A stretch of 63,800 nucleotides of DNA, counting the filler, from Collodictyon triciliatum (Eukaryota): NCBI GenBank assembly GCA_043381765.1. It is 9 parts of 9 records of this genome, joined end to end, with 100 filler letters (N's around TTAATTAATTAA, not from the genome) between each part and the next. Parts side by side here need not be neighbours in the genome. Positions count along the whole stretch, not along the records: positions 16,665 to 24,843 come from JBHJMP010003530.1; positions 24,944 to 33,149 come from JBHJMP010003531.1; positions 33,250 to 41,454 come from JBHJMP010003532.1; 6 more parts are not named here. The stretch is one strand, 5' to 3'. Positions 23,119 to 36,976 of this stretch are shown one piece after another. The notes beneath the pieces were generated by a model. That model worked only from the letters and a program-made list of their open reading frames with translations. It was not told where the DNA came from and made no database searches. Within the stretch, counting starts at the first letter, position 1. Every line of letters starts with the position of its first letter. The position numbers and the translations under genes are program-made.

Positions 23119-24129
23119 GTGGCATAGGCCAATTGGCCTGTCCGATATCTGTCTTTCCTTTCCCTTTCCCATTCCCCTTCGACTTGATGATGACGATGAT
23201 ACCTTACCCTGTCAGTTTCTTTGCCTCTATCTTCTCTTGCCCTCCCTTTTGGATGGAATGGGAGATTGTGCGACTCTGCTGCGCAATCACCCAACCAGCT
23301 AATTGTGGTGCTCCCCCAAAGAAAAATAACGCTGATTTATTCGGAGCGGCGCACCATTCTAGACTGCTACAAGCCTGCCTCCGTCACACACATACACACA
23401 CGTACAATCATAGCTTCAGAAAACCTGAAAACAACTGAATAAACCCACCAACTAGAAGAAAGACAAGAAGCGAAAAGAAAGAAGGGAGAGGGCGAAAGCA
23501 AGAGCGCTGAGAAACAGAGAAGATATGCTCGTGTCTGGTGATAGCGTGGCATAGTGCCCATCGACACATATTAACAAGCAGTGTATTAAACGTGGAATCG
23601 CGCCTCGACTGGGAGTTGAGAAGCCCTTATTTCATCGCGTCTATGGTTGGTTTGGGAGCTGGCAGGAGGCTTCTGCTGTGACAGTTTGTTGTGTTTATGC
23701 CAACGCGTTTTGCCACCTCGAAAACAGCGTTTCCTCCTCCTTCTGCTTTTGTGGGCGGGTTTCCGCGAGTTTGCTCTGCGGCCTTTTGGCGTGTTTGCTT
23801 GGGATCAAAAAGGCGGGCGCGGAGGCAAAGTCCGTTGGGTTTGGCAGGTCGCCAGTGTGATCCGATACACGAGGAATGAGTCAGTGCAAAGCGAGATTCA
23901 GCGCAGACACAAAAGCATACTCGAGGCATACATAGACTGTCACGATGTGGCTGTGTGGTTGGGTTCACGTCGCAGGCGAAAGAAGCGCCTTTCTCCTCTC
24001 TTTTGCAAATAAATTATTATTTTATTTCTTTATGTTTTTCCTTTCCCTTTCCCTTTCCCTTTTCCTTTTCGTTATCCTCTAAAGCAAGTTGACATACTTA
24101 TCTTCTTCTCCTTTGTCAAGATTGCTGCC

Positions 24130-24495
24130 ATGCCGAACCGTGGGAATTCGCTTCCGATTCGACGGGCGTACTTTGGAGTCATATTCACACTCGACTTTCT
24201 CATTATCGTCATCATGTATATGTGTTTTGCGGCGGTCTCTGACGAAGGCTGGAGTGGTTTCTGGGACAAGGAAGTGGCTTCATACACATTCCATGAGTCT
24301 TCCTTTGATGTCTTGGTAAGCGTGAGTCAACGTTGATTTATTCCGTAGACTCGGGGTTTCGTCCTGTTTGTTTGGTTCATATGTCTGCGTCAGCCACTTT
24401 TTTTATTTATTTTTATTACCATCATTATTATCAAAATCGTTTGAAGGGGTCTTTTATTCCATCAAACGACTGGCTATTCTCTCCTTTTTATTTTT

Positions 24496-24526
<31 letters not shown>

Positions 24527-24656
24527 TATTACTTGCGCGGAGCCTATACCTGACGCTATATGTGTTGATAAATAGGTCGTTAGCGTTTCTCGTGCATGGC
24601 TTCTTCTGTACATATACAGTTTTAGGGAATCAACGCAATCGACAATCCCATTAATG
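24130..24656 (+). CDS. 5' part of a membrane protein with a MENTAL-like (STARD3/MLN64 N-terminal) or ABCB9 TMD0-like domain, truncated by contig end
   Basis: IRRAYFGVIFTLDFLII...KEVASYTFHESSFDVL|VVSVSRAWLLL resembles the MENTAL pattern RR.F....TFD...EI..Y.F..S.FD......R. Confidence 0.6.
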
Positions 24657-24699
24657 GTATTTATATATGTCCTCTTCAAAGATGAATGACAGGACTAAT

Positions 24700-25023
24700 T
24701 ATAATAATAATACTACTAATAATACTACTAATAATACTACTAATAATACTACTAATAATAATACTACTAATAATAATACTACTAATAATAATACTACTAA
24801 TAATAATACTACTAATAATAATACTACTAATAATAATACTACTNNNNNNNNNNNNNNNNNNNNNNNNNNNNNNNNNNNNNNNNNNNNTTAATTAATTAAN
24901 NNNNNNNNNNNNNNNNNNNNNNNNNNNNNNNNNNNNNNNNNNNTCTCTCTTTTTTTTCTCTCTTTTTTTTCTCTCTTTTTTTTCTCTCTTTTTTTTCTCT
25001 CTTTTTTTTCTCTCTTTTTTTTT

Positions 25024-25111
<88 letters not shown>

Positions 25112-25382
25112 CTTTCTTTTTTTTTTTTCTTTTTTTTTTTCTCTTTTTTTTTCTCTCTTTTTTTTTCTCTCTTTTTTTTTCTCTCTTTTTTTTCTCTCTT
25201 TTTTTTCTCTCTTTTTTTCTCTCTTTTTTTTTCTCTCTTTTTTTTTCTCTCTTTTTTTCTCTCTTTTTTTTTCTCTTTTTTCTCTCTTTTTTCTCTCTTT
25301 TTCTCTTTTTCTCTTTTTCTCTTTTTCTCTTTTTCTCTTTTTTTCTTTTTTTCTTTTTTTCTTTTTCTCTTTTTCTCTTTTT
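24700..25382. repeat. (AAT/ACT)n repeat and T/CT-rich repeat on either side of a linker
   Basis: Directly visible at the two contig ends. Confidence 0.9.
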
Positions 25383-25726
25383 GATTCATCAAATTTGAAG
25401 AGGATCTATTTTCTTTGGGTGTCGCCAGCACACGATTCCCCAGTTTGTTTTGCAACGCATCGGGCTTTGACGGCCTCCGAGGACTCTTCCAGAGCGTCGT
25501 ATGCTCCTCCTTCTCTTCTAATGCCTCAATTAAAACAAACATAATAAAAGAAGAAATATAAACACATGAGGTTTTTGTCCGCATGGCCTAGGAACGAACT
25601 ACTAGAGGGAAAAAAACACCATAGAGAACTTAACACTAACACGAAAGGATTTTATTTTATTACCTTTTTTTTTCTTTCGTCGTCGTCGAGGTAGGATCTT
25701 CTGTTTATTACTCCGTTAACTCTTTC

Positions 25727-27732
25727 ATGGAGCGTAAGGCGTACTTGGGTAAGGCTGAGTTTGAGTTCCCATGTGATTGATGCAAAGAGTTTATCTGCTT
25801 TTCTAAACTATGTATAATGCAAAGTTTAGCAAATGACTTGCTTCATTGTATGGGGTTTGACCTCTTTTTTTTCTTCGGGATTATAGAAGCTCTTAGAATA
25901 TTTGGACATACTCCATTCAACTTTCCTGGTGCATTCCTGCGCAATATTGGTGGTAAGTAGACTGCTACATGGAATAAATGCTAGCGAGTGTGTGCTTCAT
26001 TCTGAAGATACTCTTTTGTCCTTGTTTTTTTTTTACTTATTTTCTCTTTTTTTTTCTTTTCTCTTCTTTTCTCTTCTTTTCTCTTCTTTTCTCTACTTTT
26101 CTCTTCTTTTCTCTTCTTTTCTCTTCTTTTCTCTTCTTTTCTCTTCTTTTCTCTTCTTTTCTCTTCTTTTCTCTTCTTTTCTCTTCTTTTCTATTCTTTT
26201 CTATTCTTTTCTCTTCTTTTCTCTTCTTTTCTCTTCTTTTTCTTCTTTTTCTTCTTTTCTTCTTTTCTTCTTTTCTTCATTGGTATATAAAATAATGTAT
26301 TCGCATTTCTATTTATCTCATTTTTTTATATTCTCAAAGTCAACAATCTCAAAATTGTCCATTTTTCCATTCATGCAAAATAATAATTAATAGATAGAAA
26401 ATATGCGCAATTCATCATACTCAATAGAATGGGCGGCTATATTCGTAATGGGATGGATATGAATCTACAACTTTTAGAAGACTATGTACTTTTGGTTTAC
26501 TTATTCAGCTATTTCCTTTTCATACTTGTTTGCTCATTTGATTTTTCTTCATTTCTTCATTTTCTTTATTTAATGCGCATAAAATTTAAGAACATTTTAA
26601 AATATTACGATTTAGTGCTACTGATTGAACTAATATAGCAAATTTTGGATTTCAGTTTTATTTTATTATATTGTGGTATTATTGATTTTTGTATGCTAAA
26701 TAAACATGGTTATATGTCGTCAATCTAACACGATTGTTGATTTCTTATTCTTTTTTTGTTTTTGTTTTGAAAAAACATGATTACGTCAGATTGACGATGT
26801 TTTGGAGGAAAGGTTGAAAAAATATAACTTTGTAAAGATTGACGTTCCAGGGTATATATGGCTCGAAATACTCATGTCCAATCATCAAGATACCATTTTA
26901 TCTCTCGTTGTCACATGACTCTCTTTTTCACGCTAAATAATGATACAGTTGTAATTAGCTTCTATATCTAACGCCCGTTTCTGTATGTTTCTATTTCAGC
27001 GATGGCAGTTGCCAATTTGCTGCGGTGGGGGCTCAAATTTCAGATGGAATTACCATATCTTGTATGAGAAAAGATTGCTCAGAATACATAATGAGCAACC
27101 ATGATGAGTTTAGCCCGGTAACTTTGAGTCTGCTCCATACGAAATAATTGCATATGCAACAATATCTTCATTCAATAATTAGAATTTAATTCTGCTTTAA
27201 TGTATACTTTTTCATTATAGTTCCTCAACATTTCTATTGAAAAATATGCCAAATATCTGAGAGAGGTAGTAATTTAACAAAAATTGAAACAAACCATTAA
27301 AAAAATTAAAAAAAAAAACGACACATATGGCACTCTTTTGAAACGATGCCACTGCTACGTTTCACAAGGGATTATTTCAAATCCAGTCATTATTTGTTGA
27401 ATCTTGCATAGAATTCCTTCTTTGGAGATAATGTGTCACTTCAAGTCATGTCGGATATTTACTCCGTCAAGATAAAAATTATATCAGGCTTCGTAAGTTG
27501 TCTTGCGGCGCGATTGAAAAATAATAATCATTTTGGTTGGAATCTAAACAACTACACTCCTTGTATATTTCAATTTACAAGACCTTCAATATAGGAAAGT
27601 GACGATATCATCACTTTGATTCCGAGACGAAGCGCACCCGTCAAAACCATTTGGGTCGCATTTTCACCAAAGTGCCAGCACTATGACATCATCATACCAA
27701 CAAAGAATACCCCACCGTTTTTGTTTGAATAA
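25727..27732 (+). CDS. OTU-family deubiquitinase (multi-exon)
   Basis: Spliced motifs VPG|DGSCQFAAV (catalytic D and C), FGDNVSLQVMSDIY, WVAFSPKCQHYD (catalytic H); stop at 27730-27732. Confidence 0.88.
26045..26275. repeat. Intronic decamer repeat (TTTTCTCTTC)n
   Basis: Directly visible inside an OTU gene intron. Confidence 0.95.
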
Positions 27733-27973
27733 ATTATAGTACCCATCTTTCTGTCATGCAAAGCCGAAATTCACTGATAAATTTTTCCGGTTCATCCATT
27801 TTTTTTTCCTTACCTCACCAACCATTCATTCCAAGCCATCACAGAGAGAGAGAAAAAAATGAGTACATGATTCGCTTTCTTCACCTTTGAATAAAATTAA
27901 AATGGGTCATCAAGTCCTCTCAGAGCATTTAAAAGAAATATATATATATTCGGCTTGATATTGCTCTGATTGT

Positions 27974-28735
27974 TATCTTCGTGGCTTCTGCTCTCTACAC
28001 TTTGAATCGAATAAAGGGGAAAAAATCTTTGTGGCTTCTGATACAGCTAGATAGGTTGCTCTGAATGGTGAAATAAACATCGGACAACGAACTCGCCATT
28101 TCTTTGCCAATCAAAGACATCTTCCACTCGGTACAGAATAATCGGGGCAAAGGGTGAACGGACTCAAGGAAATAGAATTGGATTTGTGCTGCATGCTACA
28201 TATTTTATTCCAAAATTGTATATTTTAAGATAATTATATATTTAATTTCGGTAATCGTCCATATTGCAACCATCATTGAACCATATAATTATATATTCCA
28301 CATTAATGATAAAGAGCTCTTGGGAACTAGAAATAAGAAACACTCCCCGGAACCATCGCGCTCCCAATTTCCACAACAGGCCTCTCAATCACCGTTTTCG
28401 TCACATTCAGAATGAGTCCTGCCACGCACTCCGCCACAATCCTCGTGTTTATAAAAAAAAGCCGACAAGCAACAAATTTCATTTGAAACAATTCTTACGA
28501 CACATACAAAGCATATAAAAGTCAAAACTACGGAGAAAATCGCGAGAATACGACGGGGCATCGAATCCTTTGTCTTCGGTTTCATGAAGTTGCGACTCAG
28601 CGTGGGTGGTATGCGGTATATGTGGGAGAGGGGAGAGTGTGTGGCAGCACCAGTGGCAGTGATCGAGGTGCCAAATGGGAATGCTGGGTAGCTGATACCC
28701 GAACCCTTTCGAATTGAGCTCGCAGTTGTAGACAT
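27974..28735 (-). CDS. Hypothetical small multi-exon protein
   Basis: Coding-like GC blocks separated by AT-rich GT-AG introns (e.g. IVAECVAGLILNVTKTVIERPVVEIG). No family recognised. Confidence 0.35.
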
Positions 28736-29010
28736 TTCCCTAACACTCCTGGATGAATCACGCTCTTATTCATTGTACACTCTTATTTCTTTTTATTAAG
28801 CCTGCAGACTGATCTTACATAAGTCTCTGTTTAAGTCGCATACTCTTTTGCTTTTGGCGAACATACATGGAAGCACAACAAAGTCCTTGATTCTCTGTCT
28901 CTATGAAAGACTCGCACTGAAACTCTCTTATGCTACGTCTAGAGAAACGAATTGGTGATCATTTCTTTCTGAATCAGGCAGAGACCTTTCTTCACGAGAA
29001 CATATCGTCC

Positions 29011-31491
<2,481 letters not shown>

Positions 31492-31837
31492 GCGCACACT
31501 CACACCAAATCCCTCGGCTCTCTCCATTCCAGACATTAAAACAATCACCAGACAAACCCCATTATCATTATTATTATTATTATTATTACCATTATTATTA
31601 CTACTACAGGACACGCTATGTATATCCCGCAATGCGGTGCCATAATGGGTACCTGGATGGTGGACGCTATTCTTTTTCTTTCCCCTTTCATGAATTCTTT
31701 TTATTCGAAGCTTTTTTGCCACCCGGTTCAATCCATTTGCAAACCCCTGTTTGTAGCCGATGTCTCCCGGTTGGGTGGCCAGAAGCAAGGGAAGAAACGG
31801 AAGGCCGAGCCGCGCGGTGGCAGACGACTTTGCATAC

Positions 31838-32970
31838 TCACGTCAGACGCACCTGGTTGCCGTCAATCGGATGCGGCAGCGGCTTCGGGGGCTGGTATTT
31901 GCTGTAGAGACGCCCTCCGCATGTGAGCGGCGTGCTTCCAGGGAGCTTCGGGTAATATCCAAAGAATGTCTGGCACATCTCCTGCCCCATGTCGCCTCCG
32001 CCTGCAGTGCAATCACGCAATCAAACAACGACGGCCATCACCAAAGGGCGCACGTGCGATGCTGTTGGGGAACTCAGCGGGCGAGCCATACCTGTTATGA
32101 TGTGCATCTCCTTTGAGGTGTCGTACCCGCATACAGTCAGGATCCGGTCGGACGCCTTTGGGCCGGCAGCAGGAAGGGAGAAATCAGAGTGAGGCACGGC
32201 GGGATGAATGATGGGATGTTTGGTACGGTTGCTGAGCACGGGGGACGAGCAGCAGGCGTGGGGAATGTGTGTGGCACCTGCAGGACGATGTGGCCGCTCC
32301 AGGAAGGCTGGTGGACATAGTCGTACTTGTCGGTGTCGCCCATCGTGCCGTAGAACGAGTTGTCCCGGTAGACCTCTGTCCGCATCTGGGTTTTGCAGAG
32401 GGAGCGGATATTGATGGTGATGATGATGACGATGATGATGGTGTTGGTCGGCAGAGACTTACTATGGTTCCGTGCTGGTGCATATGCATCCCATAGTAGA
32501 ATACGTTGATTGTTCCTCCCACCTGATGAGAAAGGCACACACTTGTCAACACGAATTGGCCACATACACACATATATATACGAAAGAAAGAAAAACTCTT
32601 CACCAAATCAACTTTTGTCATGGGACAGAAGCCCGCCACCACAGTCAGCTTCTGCTGCGGCGGTAATGAAATGTCTGCGTTTCGGAGCCCCACAAAGCCC
32701 ATCCCGGCGTCGTGTGTGCGGAGCTTCCTCGTGCCCATGAGATGGAATCCGGACGAGTCTGTGTGATGCTCGGCCCGCTCCGGGTTGACGTAGTGCTGCA
32801 AACGCACGGGTTAGAAGAGGTCAGCCACGGAGTGGGGTGACTGGCTCGTGCATGTTGCAAGGCGAGGGGCCATACAATCTGGAGAAGCAGATAGAGCGTG
32901 TCGGTTCCTTTGCCCATGCGGAAGCCAACATCCGGCGGCGTGGTGAATGGCGGGTCGGAGACGTCGCCCA
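31838..32970 (-). CDS. Copper type II ascorbate-dependent monooxygenase (PHM/DBH/MOXD1-like), 3' part; 5' lost at contig end
   Basis: PPDVGFRMG, YLLLQI|HYVNP, DSSG, LRTHDAG, MHMHQHG (CuM His pair), CGYDT, QEMC (CuM Met), YYP. Confidence 0.88.
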
Positions 32971-33082
32971 CTGCAGTGGATAGGGCGCAAGTTTTTTTTT
33001 TGTTTGTTTTTTGTTTGTTTTTTTTGTTTGTTTTTTTTGTTTGTTTTTTTTTGTTTGTTTTTTTTGTTTGTTTTTTTTGTTT

Positions 33083-33149
<67 letters not shown>

Positions 33150-33547
33150 NNNNNNNNNNNNNNNNNNNNNNNNNNNNNNNNNNNNNNNNNNNNTTAATTA
33201 ATTAANNNNNNNNNNNNNNNNNNNNNNNNNNNNNNNNNNNNNNNNNNNNCTTGAACTCCCTTATTGTCCCATAGGTCATCACAAGAAAGAGGGAGATGCT
33301 TTTTGTCAGAGGAGACGGAGTCATTCTTATTTCCCCTCCTATCCGCACGTAGTGGTTGTTGCAAGGAGCCATTATGATTCAGCAAATAATAAATGAGAGA
33401 AATTCAACTGATCTAGATATTCGTGAGTTTGTGGGAGAGTGCCACAGAATACAGAGCGATTATGTCTGAGTTCATGGCTTGGCGTGTTTCTGTCTGCACC
33501 AATCCTCTCTAACAAAATCGATGGTGTTAATAGGAAAATGTTCATTA

Positions 33548-35057
33548 GATTCACCGCATAACACAATCATTTGAAGACAACCTTCAAGCACTGCCCACTC
33601 TTGTTCCCGCCACCTTAGTGCCATTAGCTTGTTGGATGATTCTCTGCCACACTACACCACACCAATGCTTATCTATTCATGTGTAATTGGTACAGTCATT
33701 TACAAAGCCATGATGCTGAATCTCCCTCTCTATCCGCCCTCCACCAAAAGAAAGCAGCCAAATCAAGATTCAGACCCTGTCTTAGATGGGCCGATGAAAC
33801 GGATATTTTTATAATCATTTTTATTTATTGATTTCTTGGTTTATCATTATTTTTATTTATGGATTACTTATGGAATGCAACAACGCTATGCGACGTTATG
33901 GTCGTGCCATTCCCTAGAAAACAGGGCGAAGTTGGTAGAAAACGGTCTCAATTAGCATTATGGTTGTACCAAAGCATATCAATCAACCACGAAAGAAGAG
34001 TGCCATGAACAAAGTAAGCAGAGATATCCGAGTATATTAGGGCCAACTTCTTTGCGTACCCTCTCGATTATTAATTAGCATATTGCTCGGCTAAGTTTCT
34101 CAAATGCTCGTTATGCTCATATATTCAAAACGCTGAGAAGCAGACAGTGTATCCTTTTCAAAAAAATATATATATTTTTTATTACCCTGCAACTTTTTAT
34201 CTGCATTTTCCCTACCTGAAGTTAATCATTTCCTTCCAACTAATCATCAGTATGTTAGAGGCATGGGATTGATTATCGTTTTTCTTCTTTTTTTTTTTTC
34301 AAGGCTAATTTCCATGATTCATATAAGGAGAAAAAAAAAGAAGCAAACTAAAGGTGCTGAACTACTGCATTAATGGATACCGTTAGTTACATACAAGGTT
34401 GGTTAGCCTATTATCTGAGGAAATTCAATTTGGTAGACTCAGCTCATACTCATTTACGATGCATGTATGCAAAATCAGGTCACTTCAAAGTACGTTGTGG
34501 GGAAAATGAACTGGATGGCTTGTTTCGGTCTGTGGGCCTGCTCTCAAAAATATACAATAATTTGTTATTTGCATACCATCCTTGTAAATCTAAGGGTTTG
34601 ATGATTTTTTTTAAAAAAAAAAAAGAAGAAAAAACAATCAAATTATCTTTGTTTATTAATAATATTATTAGTTGTTAAATTCATTCTATTTTTCTTTACT
34701 TTGCCGTGAAATGATAAATTGTCTCTTTTCAAATTTAATTGTTTTTTTTTTCTTCTCGTCACATTGCACCTTTACGGACGACCATACATAAATGACCTGA
34801 AAGTCTGCAAGAAAGAGCCATACGACATATCGCCCAGGCGCCATCCTTCATCCTTGTGCTGACTCCATTTACAAGGGTGATTGTGGTTAGGGTTGGCAGA
34901 GATGCCGCCAAGCTTGGCGTTGTTGGGACCAAGTACGTCGAAGTTTTGAATGGATGGCACCTTTGCCAATTTGTTTCCGAATCAGCCGTGAGTATAGCGT
35001 CGATTTTTTCATCACCACCACTACTATCATCCCTCTTAAATAGATAAATAAATAAAT

Positions 35058-35088
<31 letters not shown>

Positions 35089-35832
35089 ACAAAACAAAAC
35101 AAAACAAAACAAAACAAAACAAAACAAAACAAAACAAAACAAAACAAAAGAAAAGTATCAATCTCTTTTATAATACCACGAATAAGAATACAAGTACTGA
35201 TAGGAACAATATCAGGAACTAATCGATAGGTGGGCGTCCCAGTGCGCTGCGGAAATATGCCGATTGAGCAAAGAGACCATAGATATGGTAATACATTGCA
35301 TGAACATATAGGACGACCAATTTATTCAGGAAAGTTGATAATTTGTTTGGGGTGTCTTGTGTGATTGCCGGCAAACAGAACAAAACATAACACAAAGCAT
35401 AAAAATAAGAGTGTCTTTAACTTGGTGTTATTTTGGATAATTATGACGAAAGATGGATTTTCCGGTGAGTAAACGACCAAAGGTCGGGGAGTGGGGCGGA
35501 CTGCTGCTCTTTAAAGAGGGAGCGGAAGTATGGTTTGCATGAATGATGGCATCGACGTGATTGATCCCTTTGCAAAGAACCCGGTGCAAATAACTGCATG
35601 CAAAATGTAGACCAAAGGCTTCTTTGGAAACATCGATGGGAATCATCTCCGATTGCACCACCCCAGCGGCTCGGTCGAAGCATCATACCGCATCCACCGG
35701 TCGAGCATTATCGAGGGGAATGATGCGTTTGCGAGCCCTTGCTTCTCCATCGACAACTCGGCTACGTTTGCTTGTGCGTCAATGAAGGACCGCGATGCTT
35801 GGGTTCGCAAGTTGGCTGCATTGCGCGTACAA

Positions 35833-35908
<76 letters not shown>

Positions 35909-36916
35909 GTATATATCGAGATCAGTATATATCAATATCATAAATAAAATTGTAATTTTATTACAATCGTTAATATTGTGACGATTCTTGCATCTCTCTT
36001 GGTCCGCATGAGCAGGCTCAAATTCTTTACGTGTGCCACACTAACCAGAAAGCCTATAAACAGGAGGATTGCGACAAGTTTGTCCATCTTAACATCAAAA
36101 ACATAGACACAAACCGAACCACATATCTCGTCTTTTCTGACCGGCAATACGGCACATTGACGGTATAGAGGAGCCAAGACAACAAAGATATATCACACCA
36201 CATCACATCACATCGCATCACACCACACAATACCACATCACACTGCGCAGATTGAAGACGTCAACCGCCTTGTGCGACAGCGGCAGTCGCTGGACAGGAC
36301 AGACATATTCTACCGCATGGGGTTTGCCTTTCCATCCGCCACCATTCCACTTGCACGCTCTCACCGCAGCGGTTGCTGTCCCAAACACGGCACCAGAGCC
36401 AGCATCGGGTGGGTGTCCAATGCCAGGGTGCGGATCAGCTCGGCCATGCCCAGGGGCGGGACCATCGAGATGTCGCAGACGGCGTGCCAGCAGGACCTGC
36501 AGAGGACGGGTTTGCCTCTCCTCCTCTCCACCCTCGCCGTGCGCAGCTGCACCTGACCCGCCCTTGCCCGACCGTCTGCAGCCGCCCTTGCCGAGAAGGT
36601 CGACGCCCTGGACGACGAGATTATCGAGCGCTTCATCCTGCCCCGTGTTCTGCCCCGCACGCCCCGCAGCCCCCGGATGCACGCCCTGCCCGCGTCCCCG
36701 CAGTGCCGCTTCCACACCCCGACCGAGTCCTTGGCGTACAGCCCCACCCGCCCCGCCTGGCTGACTCCGACTCCGACTCCGACCCCGACTCCGACTCCGA
36801 CCCCGACTCCGACCTCGATGACGGCCCCGGATGCAGACGACCGCGGCGATTCCGAGGAGATGCAGCTGCGCGCCTTCATCCGTCGCTCCCTCTTCGGCTC
36901 GCCCCATAAAGATTGA
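33548..36916 (+). CDS. Multi-exon PH-domain-containing protein with a C-terminal (TP)n tract; 5' end uncertain
   Basis: Exon ...FSIDNSATFACASMKDRDAWVRKL fits a PH C-terminal helix; further GT-AG exons; last exon ends ...LFGSPHKD* at 36916. Confidence 0.5.
35061..35147. repeat. Intronic (AAAAC)n. Other simple repeats: poly-T 29902-29988, (TTA)n 35836-35906, (ATGATA)n 39501-39605, (CAAA)n 42464-42552, (ATT)n 50533-50631, (TTTTTC)n 53875-54010, 12-mer 61082-61200
   Basis: Directly visible. Confidence 0.95.
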
Positions 36917-36976
36917 GTCTCCCAGGCAGACATGCAGACACACGCCCCAAAGCCGCCTCTGGTGTGCCTGTGTGCG

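Noticed and set aside
21625-23172. Antisense and alternative-frame ORFs overlapping the desaturase (likewise at 36218-36943 and 56518-57195)
   Set aside because: They are shadow ORFs of GC-rich or coding sequence with no motifs of their own.
25383-25584. Possible gene start on the minus strand (KSPRRPSK...TPKENR)
   Set aside because: It is short, runs into a simple repeat and the contig end, and has no recognisable domain.
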